Shown: piece by piece, positions 11,548 to 19,761 of the stretch | Numbering within the stretch: position 1 is the stretch's first letter | Layout: the number at the start of each line of letters is the position of its first letter | From: an uncultured Chloroflexia bacterium | Lineage (GTDB): Bacteria > Chloroflexota > Limnocylindria > Limnocylindrales > CSP1-4 | Direction of reading: 5' to 3' | Length of the DNA stretch: 64,000 nucleotides | Assembly: GCA_963749705.1 (NCBI GenBank) | Contig: CAVVNQ010000003.1 | Location: forward strand, 544,001-608,000 | Made by a program: the position numbers and the translations under genes | Notes under the pieces: generated by a model | Told to the model about the DNA's origin: nothing | Database searches by the model: none | The model's input: the letters and a program-made list of their open reading frames with translations, nothing else

Positions 11548-12714
11548 TCATGGCTGCGTGCTCGGTGCCGCGGAGGCCGCCGGCGAGGCGTCGTCGGCTG
11601 CGCTCGGTGATGGCGCCGCGCTGGCCGCCGCTGAGGCGGCCGGCAGCATCGACGATGCGGCAAGCGAGTCCAGGTGCTGCTGGACGGTATCGGCGAGCTG
11701 GGAGCCGGGATCCAGCTCGACCACGAGGCCCCATTCCCGCTGGACCCCGGCCCAATCGGGCGTGGCCTGGTTGAGGAACAGGAACCCGAGGTCGTAGTGG
11801 GCCTCGACGTTCTTGGGATCGATCGTGACAACCTGGTCCCAGGCGTCCTGCGCGGCCGGGAGGTCGCCCAGGTTGAAGCTTGCTGCGCCGCGCGCAAGCA
11901 AGGCCCCGACGTTCTTCGGATCGAGCGCGAGCAGCTTGTCCAGCCATGTGCCCGCGCTGGCGTAGTCCTCGCCCGCGTAGAACTCGTCCGCGAGCGCGAG
12001 CATCGTTGCCGTGTCGGTCGGGTCTGCCTGGATCTTCTCCATCAGCGCCGCCACCTTGGCCTGGTCGACCACCGGTGCGGATGCGGCGGCCGAGTCCGGG
12101 CTCGCGGTGCCGGCACCCGGGTTGACCCCTGCGCCGTTCAGGTTGTAGCCGATGAACAGGAGCCCGGCCGCGGCCGCGATGCCAACCGCGCCGAGGACCA
12201 GCTTCTTCCAGATCCCGCCCGCGGCTGCTGGCGGCGCGACGGTCGCGACAGCCGCGCCGGACCGCACCTGCGCCGGACGGGCCTTGCGCTTGCGATCGGG
12301 GCCCATGTCCGAGTGGGCGCTGGGCGTCACCGAGGCGTACAGGGCCTCGAAGTCGTCGTCGGCGTCGCTCGTTTCGTCGTCGACGTCTGGCACCGCCTCG
12401 GGAAGGGGGTCCCGGCGGGCCGGAGGTGTCGCCGGCCCGCCGGGTTCGACCCGCGGCGGCCTCGTCGGGCTCCTGAGGGCTGAGCCCCCGAAGCCGACTG
12501 GGTCGGTCAAATGGAGGTACGCGGCGTCGAGCGCCGCGGACTGCGAGTGGGCCCAGCCGCGGACGGCGGACGGGGCGGATGCGAGGTAGTCGCTCACCGC
12601 CTGGTGAACGCGGTCGACGTCTTCGGGGGACGCGCTCGGCGGCAGGCCGAGCTCCGCGAGCAGCTCGTTCTCGGCGGCTGCTCGGCCGGTGGCGGGCAGG
12701 CCCGGGGCGCTCAT
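11548..12714 (-). CDS. Membrane-anchored TPR protein with a degenerate J-domain-like N-terminus
   Basis: N-terminal LGLPPSASPEDV...LDAAYLHLTDP, low-complexity linker, one TM, then TPR repeats (DPKNVGALLARG, DPKNVEAHYDLG). Confidence 0.75.
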   Translation of the reverse strand: MSAPGLPATGRAAAENELLAELGLPPSASPEDVDRVHQAVSDYLASAPSAVRGWAHSQSAALDAAYLHLTDPVGFGGSALRSPTRPPRVEPGGPATPPARRDPLPEAVPDVDDETSDADDDFEALYASVTPSAHSDMGPDRKRKARPAQVRSGAAVATVAPPAAAGGIWKKLVLGAVGIAAAAGLLFIGYNLNGAGVNPGAGTASPDSAAASAPVVDQAKVAALMEKIQADPTDTATMLALADEFYAGEDYASAGTWLDKLLALDPKNVGALLARGAASFNLGDLPAAQDAWDQVVTIDPKNVEAHYDLGFLFLNQATPDWAGVQREWGLVVELDPGSQLADTVQQHLDSLAASSMLPAASAAASAAPSPSAADDASPAASAAPSTQP

Positions 12715-12947
12715 GCCTGGCCACCCGTGAGACGCGCGCAACGATCGTTGCGCAGTAGCTGCCGGATCATCGTGAATGCCCTCATTGCGCGCCGCGGGGG
12801 ACCGCGGCCTGACACCTGTGTGAATTGTCCGGGTCAGGCCCCTGCCAGCCCATCCACCGGGCCGCACATTTCGACCGGGACCCGGGAGGGCTATTGGGTG
12901 GAGAGATCAGGCCGGGCCTGTACCCGTCGATACATCCGGAGGCCGGG

Positions 12948-13970
12948 TCACGGGGCGGGGACGGTCGCCCCGTCGTGACCTACGCCGTGGCAGGTCAGGG
13001 TGCATGTCCCGGTCGTCGCGTCGTAGCTGATCGGCAGGCCGCCGTAGGCGACCACGTCCGGCGCGAACTTCACCAGGCCGCGGGTGTCGTCGCTCGTGCC
13101 GTGCAGGTTGTAGTGGCACTCGGCACACAGGGCGTTTCCCTGGCCGTCGCCCGGCACGGTGATATCGGTGCCGGCGCTGCCGGAGCTGTAGCCGTCGATG
13201 CTCCGGAGGTGGAAGCCGTGGCCCGGGAAGTTGGTGCCGGTCGATGTCCCGGTGGTGTCCTCGATCGCGGTCTCCTGGGCGCCCGAGTGGCACGAGAAGC
13301 ACAGGCTGAAGTCGGCCGCCCGGTAGGCCTCGCCGGTGGATCGCAGCGGGCTGGTCCGGTAGGCGCTTGGGAGCAACGAGGAGTCGGACGCGCTGTGCGA
13401 GGCATGGCAGGCTGCGCACGTATCGCTCGTGAGCCCGCTGATCACGTGCGGCGACGTGGGATCCACGTTGATATCCAGATCGGCGAACGGGGCGACCAGG
13501 CGGACCTCCGGCGAGGGCGAGACCTCCGGCGAGGGCGAGACCTCCGGCGAGGGCGACGGACCGAGGGAAGGATCCGGGGATCCCGTTGGCACCTCGCTGG
13601 GCGGGACGTCAACGCTTGCGCTGGGGGTCGGGGACGCGCCCGGTGTGGCGGATGCGGACGGGTCCACCGACGGTGACGGCGCAGCGCTTGGCGAGGGTTC
13701 CGCGGACGGGCTGGGGGATTCGGACGCCGGTGGGGGCGAGCCGGGCGTCGGTGACGCCGAGGGCGTGGGCGACGCCGACGGCGTCGGGGTGGCGGCGGGC
13801 GCCGATGCCGAGGGCGTGGGGGTGGCGGCGGGCGCCGATGCCGAGGGATCCGGCGACGGGTCGGTGGCGGAGACGGCCGGCACCGCCGGCGCAAACGTGG
13901 CCAGCACGGCGGCGGCCACCAGCCACGCTCCGAAGAGCGGGCCGGCGCGGCGAGTGAGCCCTGCGTTCAT
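12948..13970 (-). CDS. Secreted multiheme cytochrome c with a long Pro/Ser/Thr linker (3 CxxCH + 1 CxxxCH)
   Basis: Signal peptide, ~120 aa PST-rich region, then CAACHASH, CFSCH, CAECHYNLH and CTLTCH. Confidence 0.85.
   Translation of the reverse strand: MNAGLTRRAGPLFGAWLVAAAVLATFAPAVPAVSATDPSPDPSASAPAATPTPSASAPAATPTPSASPTPSASPTPGSPPPASESPSPSAEPSPSAAPSPSVDPSASATPGASPTPSASVDVPPSEVPTGSPDPSLGPSPSPEVSPSPEVSPSPEVRLVAPFADLDINVDPTSPHVISGLTSDTCAACHASHSASDSSLLPSAYRTSPLRSTGEAYRAADFSLCFSCHSGAQETAIEDTTGTSTGTNFPGHGFHLRSIDGYSSGSAGTDITVPGDGQGNALCAECHYNLHGTSDDTRGLVKFAPDVVAYGGLPISYDATTGTCTLTCHGVGHDGATVPAP
13503..13556. repeat. Three exact 18-bp tandem repeats within the linker coding region (SPSPEV x3)
   Basis: GACCTCCGGCGAGGGCGA repeated three times. 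Confidence 0.9.
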
Positions 13971-14143
13971 GCTCGTGGGACGTTCTCTCGTATCGGAGCC
14001 AATTCGGATCTCATGGCCGGCGGCGGACCCGACAGCCCGTTCATCGTGACGAAGACCAACCAGGTGCCCGGTGGCGCATCAGCCCCGGCACAGTGGCTGC
14101 TCTCCGTCGAGATGAAGTCGGCGATCGCGACCTCGGGGGTTGC

Positions 14144-14175
14144 CCCGGCGGCCCGGTTGAACCGTGGCCGCCGGG
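14144..14175 (-). terminator. Strong GC stem-loop immediately 3' of the hexaheme gene
   Basis: CCCGGCGGCC / GGCCGCCGGG 10-bp stem with an inner CGGTT/AACCG extension; no U-tract. Confidence 0.6.
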
Positions 14176-14194
14176 AGCGTTCGAGTACGGTTGG

Positions 14195-15535
14195 CTAGTT
14201 GCCCGGGGTGGGCAGCGGGCCGAGGTAGGTGCCGTCCGCCAGAGTCCCCGTCGGGTCGTGGCAGAGCTGGCAGGTGCCGCGGTTGTCCGCCTTGAGCAGG
14301 CGGCTGTCACCGGAGGTGGCAACACTGCCGTTCGGGCCGACGTTGGTGGGCTTGGGCGGGACCGCATGGTTCGGGTCCACGTAGTTGAGGGAGTTGGTGC
14401 CCGTCATGAGGGCGTTGGAGCCATGGGACACATGGCACTGCTCGCACCCGACGCGGGTCGTCCCGTGCTTGTACATGAATGTGGAGTCCGCGCTGTTCGC
14501 GACGAGCGAGGACACCTGATTGCCACCCGGCGTGTAGTCGCTGACGCCGCCGGTCACGGTCGTGCTATAGCCGTTGTAGCGCGTGTGGCACTGGATGCAC
14601 CACGCGGTCATGAGGCCGGTGGTGTTGGCCGGGGCCACGCCGCCGTTGGCGGCCGCGTTCGTGGCGGTGACGCCGTTCCAGGCGGTGTTCATGGGGTCTT
14701 TCGGCGGGAGAGGCGTCAGGTACCAGAGGTCTGCGCCGGTGGGATCCCAGTGGTAGCGCCAGTAGTCACCGGTGTCGGTGGTCACGATATTCGCCGCGGA
14801 GCCATTGGCATCGGTGCCGTCGGTGGCCGGCTTGATCGTGTAGTTGTGGGTCCCGGTCGTGGTCGTGTCAACAATCTCGACCGCGCTCGTCGACAGGACG
14901 AACTGGGCTGCGGGCGAAGGAGCCGTCGCAACAGCGCTGGGCTTCGTCTGCAGAATTCGGTACTGGCCATTGCCGTGCGGGTTGTGGCACGAGGCGCACT
15001 CGAGGGTAACCGTGGCACCGGTGCCGCTGTTGACGGCTCCGTTGCCCCAGACCGTGCCAGTGCCCCAGCCGGCGTTGTAGATGCCACCCGTGCCGCCGTG
15101 GGTCGAGGTGACCTTCTGCGCGGTGGCCAGCGGCTGGATGTGGCTGTTGTAGCTGTGCGAGGCCTCGTCGATGAGGACCTTTGCCGCGTTGCTCGAATCG
15201 ATCAGCGCGTACTGGAACCCGCCGCCCCGGAGGGCGCCGAGGACGGGAGCGGTCTTGGCCGTCGCTGAGTACTGGACGCCGTCAATGACGTCCGTGGTGG
15301 CCTTGCTGCCGTCGTGGCAGTTCAGGCACAGCTCCGGCTGGTCGTTGTTGAGCAGACCCGCGGCGGTCGCCGTGTGGGCCCGATGGCATCCCGCGCACGA
15401 ATCGGCGGTCAGCCCGGCGGTCCCGTTGTTGGTGGCCATCTGATGGGGGCCACCGTCGGCGAACGCTGGAATCGCGGCAACGAACAGCCAGAGGATACCT
15501 ATCGCACCGAGAAGTGCGAACTTCCTCACTGTCAT
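14195..15535 (-). CDS. OmcS-like secreted hexaheme cytochrome c (candidate nanowire subunit)
   Basis: Strong SD (AAAGGAGGT) and Sec signal ending AFA. Six CxxCH motifs in OmcS-like order: CAGCHRAH, CLNCH, GGGF, CASCHNPHG..YRIL, MTAWCIQCH, CEQCHVSHGS, RGTCQLCH. Confidence 0.85.
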   Translation of the reverse strand: MTVRKFALLGAIGILWLFVAAIPAFADGGPHQMATNNGTAGLTADSCAGCHRAHTATAAGLLNNDQPELCLNCHDGSKATTDVIDGVQYSATAKTAPVLGALRGGGFQYALIDSSNAAKVLIDEASHSYNSHIQPLATAQKVTSTHGGTGGIYNAGWGTGTVWGNGAVNSGTGATVTLECASCHNPHGNGQYRILQTKPSAVATAPSPAAQFVLSTSAVEIVDTTTTGTHNYTIKPATDGTDANGSAANIVTTDTGDYWRYHWDPTGADLWYLTPLPPKDPMNTAWNGVTATNAAANGGVAPANTTGLMTAWCIQCHTRYNGYSTTVTGGVSDYTPGGNQVSSLVANSADSTFMYKHGTTRVGCEQCHVSHGSNALMTGTNSLNYVDPNHAVPPKPTNVGPNGSVATSGDSRLLKADNRGTCQLCHDPTGTLADGTYLGPLPTPGN

Positions 15536-15620
15536 TACCTCCTTTGTGGACTGGATGAGCACTGCCTGCGCTGCAGGCGACGTTGTCGTCCTGACCTCCA
15601 CCTCCGTCTCCCTGCACATG

Positions 15621-16676
15621 TCAGTAACTCCACACCTGGAGCCGGTCGTTGCCCCAGTCCGCGACGTACACGCGCCCCCGGGCATCGATGGCGAGCCCGT
15701 TCGGGTAAGAGAACGCGCCGTCGCCGGCGCCCTTCTGTCCGAACGTGTTCACGTAGCCGGGGCCGCGATCGCCGGATGTCATGGGTGCGTAGGCCTGGAT
15801 GGTCGATGCACTCGAGTCCACGACCAGGATCCGGCCGTGGTCGTCGATCCCGATCCCAACTGGAAGGCCCAGGTTGCCGACCGCGTCCCCGCGCTCCACG
15901 ATGCCAACCTGGGCACCGGATGCGTCGAAGACGAGCAGCCGCCCGTTGGCGGTGTCGGTGACGTACACGGTGCCGTTCGCGTCCACCGCGATGCCGTTGG
16001 GGTGGTTCATCCCTGCGCCCGCGCCGAAGTCCCGGACCAGCTTGCCGTCCGAACCGAACACGTGGATCACCACGGGGTCGGCGCTCACGTCGGCGATGTA
16101 GACGTTGCCGGCCTGGTCGAAACCGATCCCCAGGGGCTGCCAGTTCGCGAGCCCCGCGCCCTGGTCGAAGATCCGGAGGTACGTGCCATCCGCGGCGTAG
16201 ACCACGACCGCGCCGTTGAACCGGTCGGTTGCCCAGAAATCGCCGGTCGCCGGGTCGGTGGCCACGAATAGCTGATGGGCCTGCACGATCAGGTCGGCCG
16301 GGGGCTTGAGGACCGCGAGCTGCCCACCCTGGCGGTCCATCATCACCGTGTCCAGGGAGGTGCCTGTCTGGGTTACCACGATCCGCGTGCCGTCAGCGCT
16401 CACGGCGACCGCCTGCGGCTTGCTCAGATCGTAGAAGGATCCTTGGTACGCCGGCATCGGCGGCTCGACGAAGGGAACCGGGATGTTGGTGATCGGCTGG
16501 CGGAACAGGAGGTACCAGATCGACAGGGACCCCATGATCGCGAGCAGGGCGAGGAGGAACAGGAGCAGGAACTTCTTGCGTCGGTTGTCCTCGCGCTCCT
16601 CGACCGGTGCTTCCGGCGGGGTCGAAGGCTGGGCATCACCGGAGAGCGCTCCAAGCGACAGGTCGGGTGTGGTCAT
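15621..16676 (-). CDS. Membrane-anchored NHL-repeat beta-propeller protein
   Basis: N-terminal TM; repeats P.GIAVD..G.VYV.D..N.R (HPNGIAVDANGTVYVTDTANGRL, YPNGLAIDARGRVYVADWGNDRL). Confidence 0.9.
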   Translation of the reverse strand: MTTPDLSLGALSGDAQPSTPPEAPVEEREDNRRKKFLLLFLLALLAIMGSLSIWYLLFRQPITNIPVPFVEPPMPAYQGSFYDLSKPQAVAVSADGTRIVVTQTGTSLDTVMMDRQGGQLAVLKPPADLIVQAHQLFVATDPATGDFWATDRFNGAVVVYAADGTYLRIFDQGAGLANWQPLGIGFDQAGNVYIADVSADPVVIHVFGSDGKLVRDFGAGAGMNHPNGIAVDANGTVYVTDTANGRLLVFDASGAQVGIVERGDAVGNLGLPVGIGIDDHGRILVVDSSASTIQAYAPMTSGDRGPGYVNTFGQKGAGDGAFSYPNGLAIDARGRVYVADWGNDRLQVWSY

Positions 16677-16677
16677 C

Positions 16678-17661
16678 TCAGTTGTTGCCTCCGGCAGTGG
16701 GGGACGCGACCTCGGAGGGTGCTGCCACGTCGCCCGCGCCGAGGCTGCTGAGGCCGATCTGCGCGGACTGGTTCGTGGGGTCGATCGCGAGCACCTGGCG
16801 GTAGTAGGACGTCGCCGCGGTGTTGTCGCCGCTCTGGGACGCGATGAGCGCGAGACCGATGAGCGCGTCGGTCTTCATGGCGCCCGTCGTGAGCGGCTTG
16901 AGCGCCGCCGTCGCCTCATCGGGGCGGCCCTGGCAGAAGGCGACCATGGCACTTGCCCATGCGACGCCATCCGGCTGTTGGAGGGCCGTGTAGGAGACGG
17001 CGAGCTCCTGGTACGGCTCGAACCAGCCGGTCGGCACGAAGGCGACGGAGAGCCTGAGCGCACTGACCGCCTTCGTCGGGTCACCTGTCTTGTTGAGGGC
17101 CTGGCCAAGCAGGTACAGGGCGTCTGCATCGGCTCCGTTGATGGCGACTGCCTTCTCGAGCGTGGTCGCCGCGTCGGCGGCCAGGCCTTGCTGCAGCTGG
17201 ACGAGGCCGAGCTCGTAATAGGCATGCTCGAGCTGCGGGTCCGAGCTTGCGAACTCGCCCGCTGCGGCTTGGTCGATGAACGCGTTGAGGTCAGTGGCGG
17301 CCGCGTCAGGCTGGCCGATCTCAACGTAGGCGATCGCCCTGCCGAGCAGCGCGGGTCGATCCGCCGGGTCGATCTTGAGCGCCTCGGTGAACTGGGTGAT
17401 CCCGTCGTCATAGCGCTTGGCGCTCACGTAGGCGGCGGCGAGATAGTCGCGTGCCTGGAGATCGTTGGGGTTTGCCTGGACGGCGGCCTCCGCCGCCGCG
17501 ACCGTGCGATCCGAAACGGACCCACCGGTGTCGACATGCCGGTCGCTCCAGTAGACGAACACCATCACGGGGACCCCGATCAGCAGGATCAGCGCCGCGA
17601 TCAGGATCAGCCGGTTGAGGGTTCTGGTGGAGATGGTCGTGGGACGTGCGACTCTCATCAT
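16678..17661 (-). CDS. Membrane-anchored TPR protein
   Basis: N-terminal TM followed by multiple TPRs (NPNDLQARDYLA, HAYYELG, DALYLLG); start codon approximate. Confidence 0.85.
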   Translation of the reverse strand: MMRVARPTTISTRTLNRLILIAALILLIGVPVMVFVYWSDRHVDTGGSVSDRTVAAAEAAVQANPNDLQARDYLAAAYVSAKRYDDGITQFTEALKIDPADRPALLGRAIAYVEIGQPDAAATDLNAFIDQAAAGEFASSDPQLEHAYYELGLVQLQQGLAADAATTLEKAVAINGADADALYLLGQALNKTGDPTKAVSALRLSVAFVPTGWFEPYQELAVSYTALQQPDGVAWASAMVAFCQGRPDEATAALKPLTTGAMKTDALIGLALIASQSGDNTAATSYYRQVLAIDPTNQSAQIGLSSLGAGDVAAPSEVASPTAGGNN

Positions 17662-17837
17662 TGCTGCCATTCCTTGCGGTGGACGCGCGGCCGGACACCC
17701 GGCCATCAAAGGACGCCGAGGCCTGAGCCCGGCTCCCCGTCCATGTTCGGGCGCGCGAGGGCGAGTTCCCATCCGTCGGGGGATAGAACTGCGATACAGG
17801 GCGTGGTGCGCACGCAACGGTGGTCGTGTATCGAGTG

Positions 17838-17874
17838 GCCCCCGAAGGTCCCAAGGACCCGGGCCGGATGTCCC
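17838..17874. promoter_or_regulatory. Tandem GGG(A/C)C-N4-G(G/T)CCC palindromic boxes upstream of the TPR-NHL-hexaheme operon
   Basis: GGGCCGGATGTCCC (17861-17874) abuts GGTCCCAAGGACCC (17847-17860). They resemble DosR/DevR-type (NarL family) boxes. Confidence 0.4.
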
Positions 17875-17921
17875 GTCCCGTCAGACGCGGGGCGCGCCCG
17901 GCCTCCAGGATGGAGGGCCGG

Positions 17922-18452
17922 TCAGAGGCTCTCGCGCGGCGTCCGGAAGCTCGATGGCACGTCCACCTCGATCACGTCGCCCACCAGCCTGAGCGGGAAC
18001 CGGTCCAGGGGGCGCGGCGGCGGACCCGATACGACCTTGCCGTCGATGTCGAACACGCCATCGTGGCAGGCACACTTGAACTCGTGATCGGCGTCAGCCC
18101 AGCGGTAGATGCACAGCGCGTGCGTGCAGCGCGGGTCGAACGCGGTGATGTCGCCGCCGGCGCGCCTGACGAGCCAGGCGGACGCGGCCACCGCCTGGCC
18201 GCCGGTGTCGAGCGTGAACGGGACCTCGGTCGGCACCCCCACCTCGAGCGACGCGGGATCGACGTCCAGGGTCACCGTGATCGGGGGACCGGCGCAGGCC
18301 TCGAGCAGGACGCCGAGGCCGCCGCCCGCGGCGATCGCACCGGCGCCCATCAGGAGCAGCACCCGACGGCGGGGAACGGGCGTCGTCAGCGGATCGATGG
18401 GGCGGCGCCCGGCGTTGCCCGGCAGCGTCGGGATGTGGCGCTGATCTCCCAT
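17922..18452 (-). CDS. Second Rieske 2Fe-2S protein (Tat lipoprotein)
   Basis: PRRRVLLL twin-Arg motif, LEAC lipobox, CTHALC and CACHDG boxes. Confidence 0.88.
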   Translation of the reverse strand: MGDQRHIPTLPGNAGRRPIDPLTTPVPRRRVLLLMGAGAIAAGGGLGVLLEACAGPPITVTLDVDPASLEVGVPTEVPFTLDTGGQAVAASAWLVRRAGGDITAFDPRCTHALCIYRWADADHEFKCACHDGVFDIDGKVVSGPPPRPLDRFPLRLVGDVIEVDVPSSFRTPRESL

Positions 18453-18462
18453 GCGGGAGAGC

Positions 18463-18888
18463 CTAGCCCGGAATGACGACGGTGCGCAGCCCGCGGTCGG
18501 GCTCGGTGGGACGATCCCGTTCGGGGCCCGGGTCGGCGATGTCGGCCCGCTGGCCGGTGACCGCGCTCCGGATCGCCGCCATGAAGTCGTCCGGCCGGCT
18601 GCTCAGGGTCTCGCGCCGCAGGCTCCAGGCGCAGGTGGTCGTGATGTCGACGTCGAGCACGACGGCGCAATGCGAGCGTCGCATCACCTCGGCCGCATCG
18701 AGCGACCCGCCTTCCTCGACCACGATGATCCCCGGCTCGCGGGCGATCGCCGCGTCCACCGCTCCGACATTGGCGCCGTCCACGGCGTCCACCGCCAGGC
18801 CGGGCTCGGCGGCGAGCATCCGTTCGAGGCCTTCGCCCATCAGCGGATGGCTGTAGACGACGAGGACGCGCACCGGTTCAGGCGACAC
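18463..18888 (-). CDS. Degenerate stand-alone receiver-like protein
   Basis: VRVLVVYSHPLMGEGLERMLAAEPG resembles a REC N-terminus but lacks the acidic DD pair; SD GAGGAG before GTG. Confidence 0.55.
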   Translation of the reverse strand: MSPEPVRVLVVYSHPLMGEGLERMLAAEPGLAVDAVDGANVGAVDAAIAREPGIIVVEEGGSLDAAEVMRRSHCAVVLDVDITTTCAWSLRRETLSSRPDDFMAAIRSAVTGQRADIADPGPERDRPTEPDRGLRTVVIPG

Positions 18889-19050
18889 CAGGGCTCCTCG
18901 TGGAATCCGTGGGCCGCGGATGCGACCCGTGGGAGAGATGCTAGGGGTGGCCGGCGGCAAGGCCAATCCCTCGCCCGGCACAGCCTGCTCCCCGGGGTTC
19001 TGTATCCGACGGGATAGCCGGCCGCGTCGCGCCGCGGGTCCCAGTCCCGC

Positions 19051-19761
19051 TCAGCCGAGCCGCGGGTCCTGGTCGCGCTTCGGCTCGCTGCCCGCGAACC
19101 CCCGACGGACCGCATAGGCCGCCGCCTGGACGCGGTTGGTCAGGTGCAGCTTCTCGAGCGCGTTGTGCACGTGGTTCTTGACCGTCCCCTCGGTGATCGT
19201 GAGCTGGTTCGCGATCTCCTTGTTGGACAGCCCGTCGGCGACCAGCTCCAGGATCTCCGACTCGCGCCGGGTGAGCACGCTGTCCTGCGCTGCCGGCGAC
19301 GGCTGGCCGCGGACGGGGATGCCGCCGGTCCGGAGCGCCGTGAGCAGCTTGGTGGCGACCGCGGGTGCGATCGGGGCCTCGCCGCGCATCACGCCGCGGA
19401 GATCCTCGAACAGCTGCTCGGGGCGGACGTTCTTGAGCAGGTAGCCGTTGGCCCCGGCCTTGATCGACTCGAACAGGTCGTCATCGTCCTCGGACACCGT
19501 GAGCATCACGATCGGCGTCGAGATCCCGGCCTGGCGGATCGCGTTGACGCCGTCGACACCCGAGGCACCCGGCATGTTCACGTCCATGACCACCAGGTCG
19601 GGGCGCAGGGCGCGGACCTTGTCCAGCGCGTCGCGGCCGTTCTCCCCCTCGCCCACGACGGTCATGTCGAACTGGGCGCTGATCAGCGTCGCGAGCGCTC
19701 TCCGGAACAGCGGCTGGTCATCGACGAGCAGCACCCTGAGACGCGGCGGAGTGTGTTCCAC
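19051..19761 (-). CDS. NarL/LuxR-family response regulator
   Basis: LLVDDQPLFR, VVMDVNMP and GYLLK; HTH LTRRESEILELVADGLSNKEIA...TVKNHV. Confidence 0.93.
   Translation of the reverse strand: MEHTPPRLRVLLVDDQPLFRRALATLISAQFDMTVVGEGENGRDALDKVRALRPDLVVMDVNMPGASGVDGVNAIRQAGISTPIVMLTVSEDDDDLFESIKAGANGYLLKNVRPEQLFEDLRGVMRGEAPIAPAVATKLLTALRTGGIPVRGQPSPAAQDSVLTRRESEILELVADGLSNKEIANQLTITEGTVKNHVHNALEKLHLTNRVQAAAYAVRRGFAGSEPKRDQDPRLG

Noticed and set aside
11459-11551. 30-aa ORF overlapping the TPR stop (ATGA) before resB
   Set aside because: It has no SD, motif or other support and could be chance.
14195-14220. C-terminal LPTPG of the hexaheme as a sortase signal
   Set aside because: It is not LPxTG, and no hydrophobic segment or basic tail follows.
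15536-15620. Cyclic dinucleotide (GEMM) riboswitch ahead of the OmcS-like gene
   Set aside because: The 85-nt gap has only short hairpins and no recognisable GEMM consensus.
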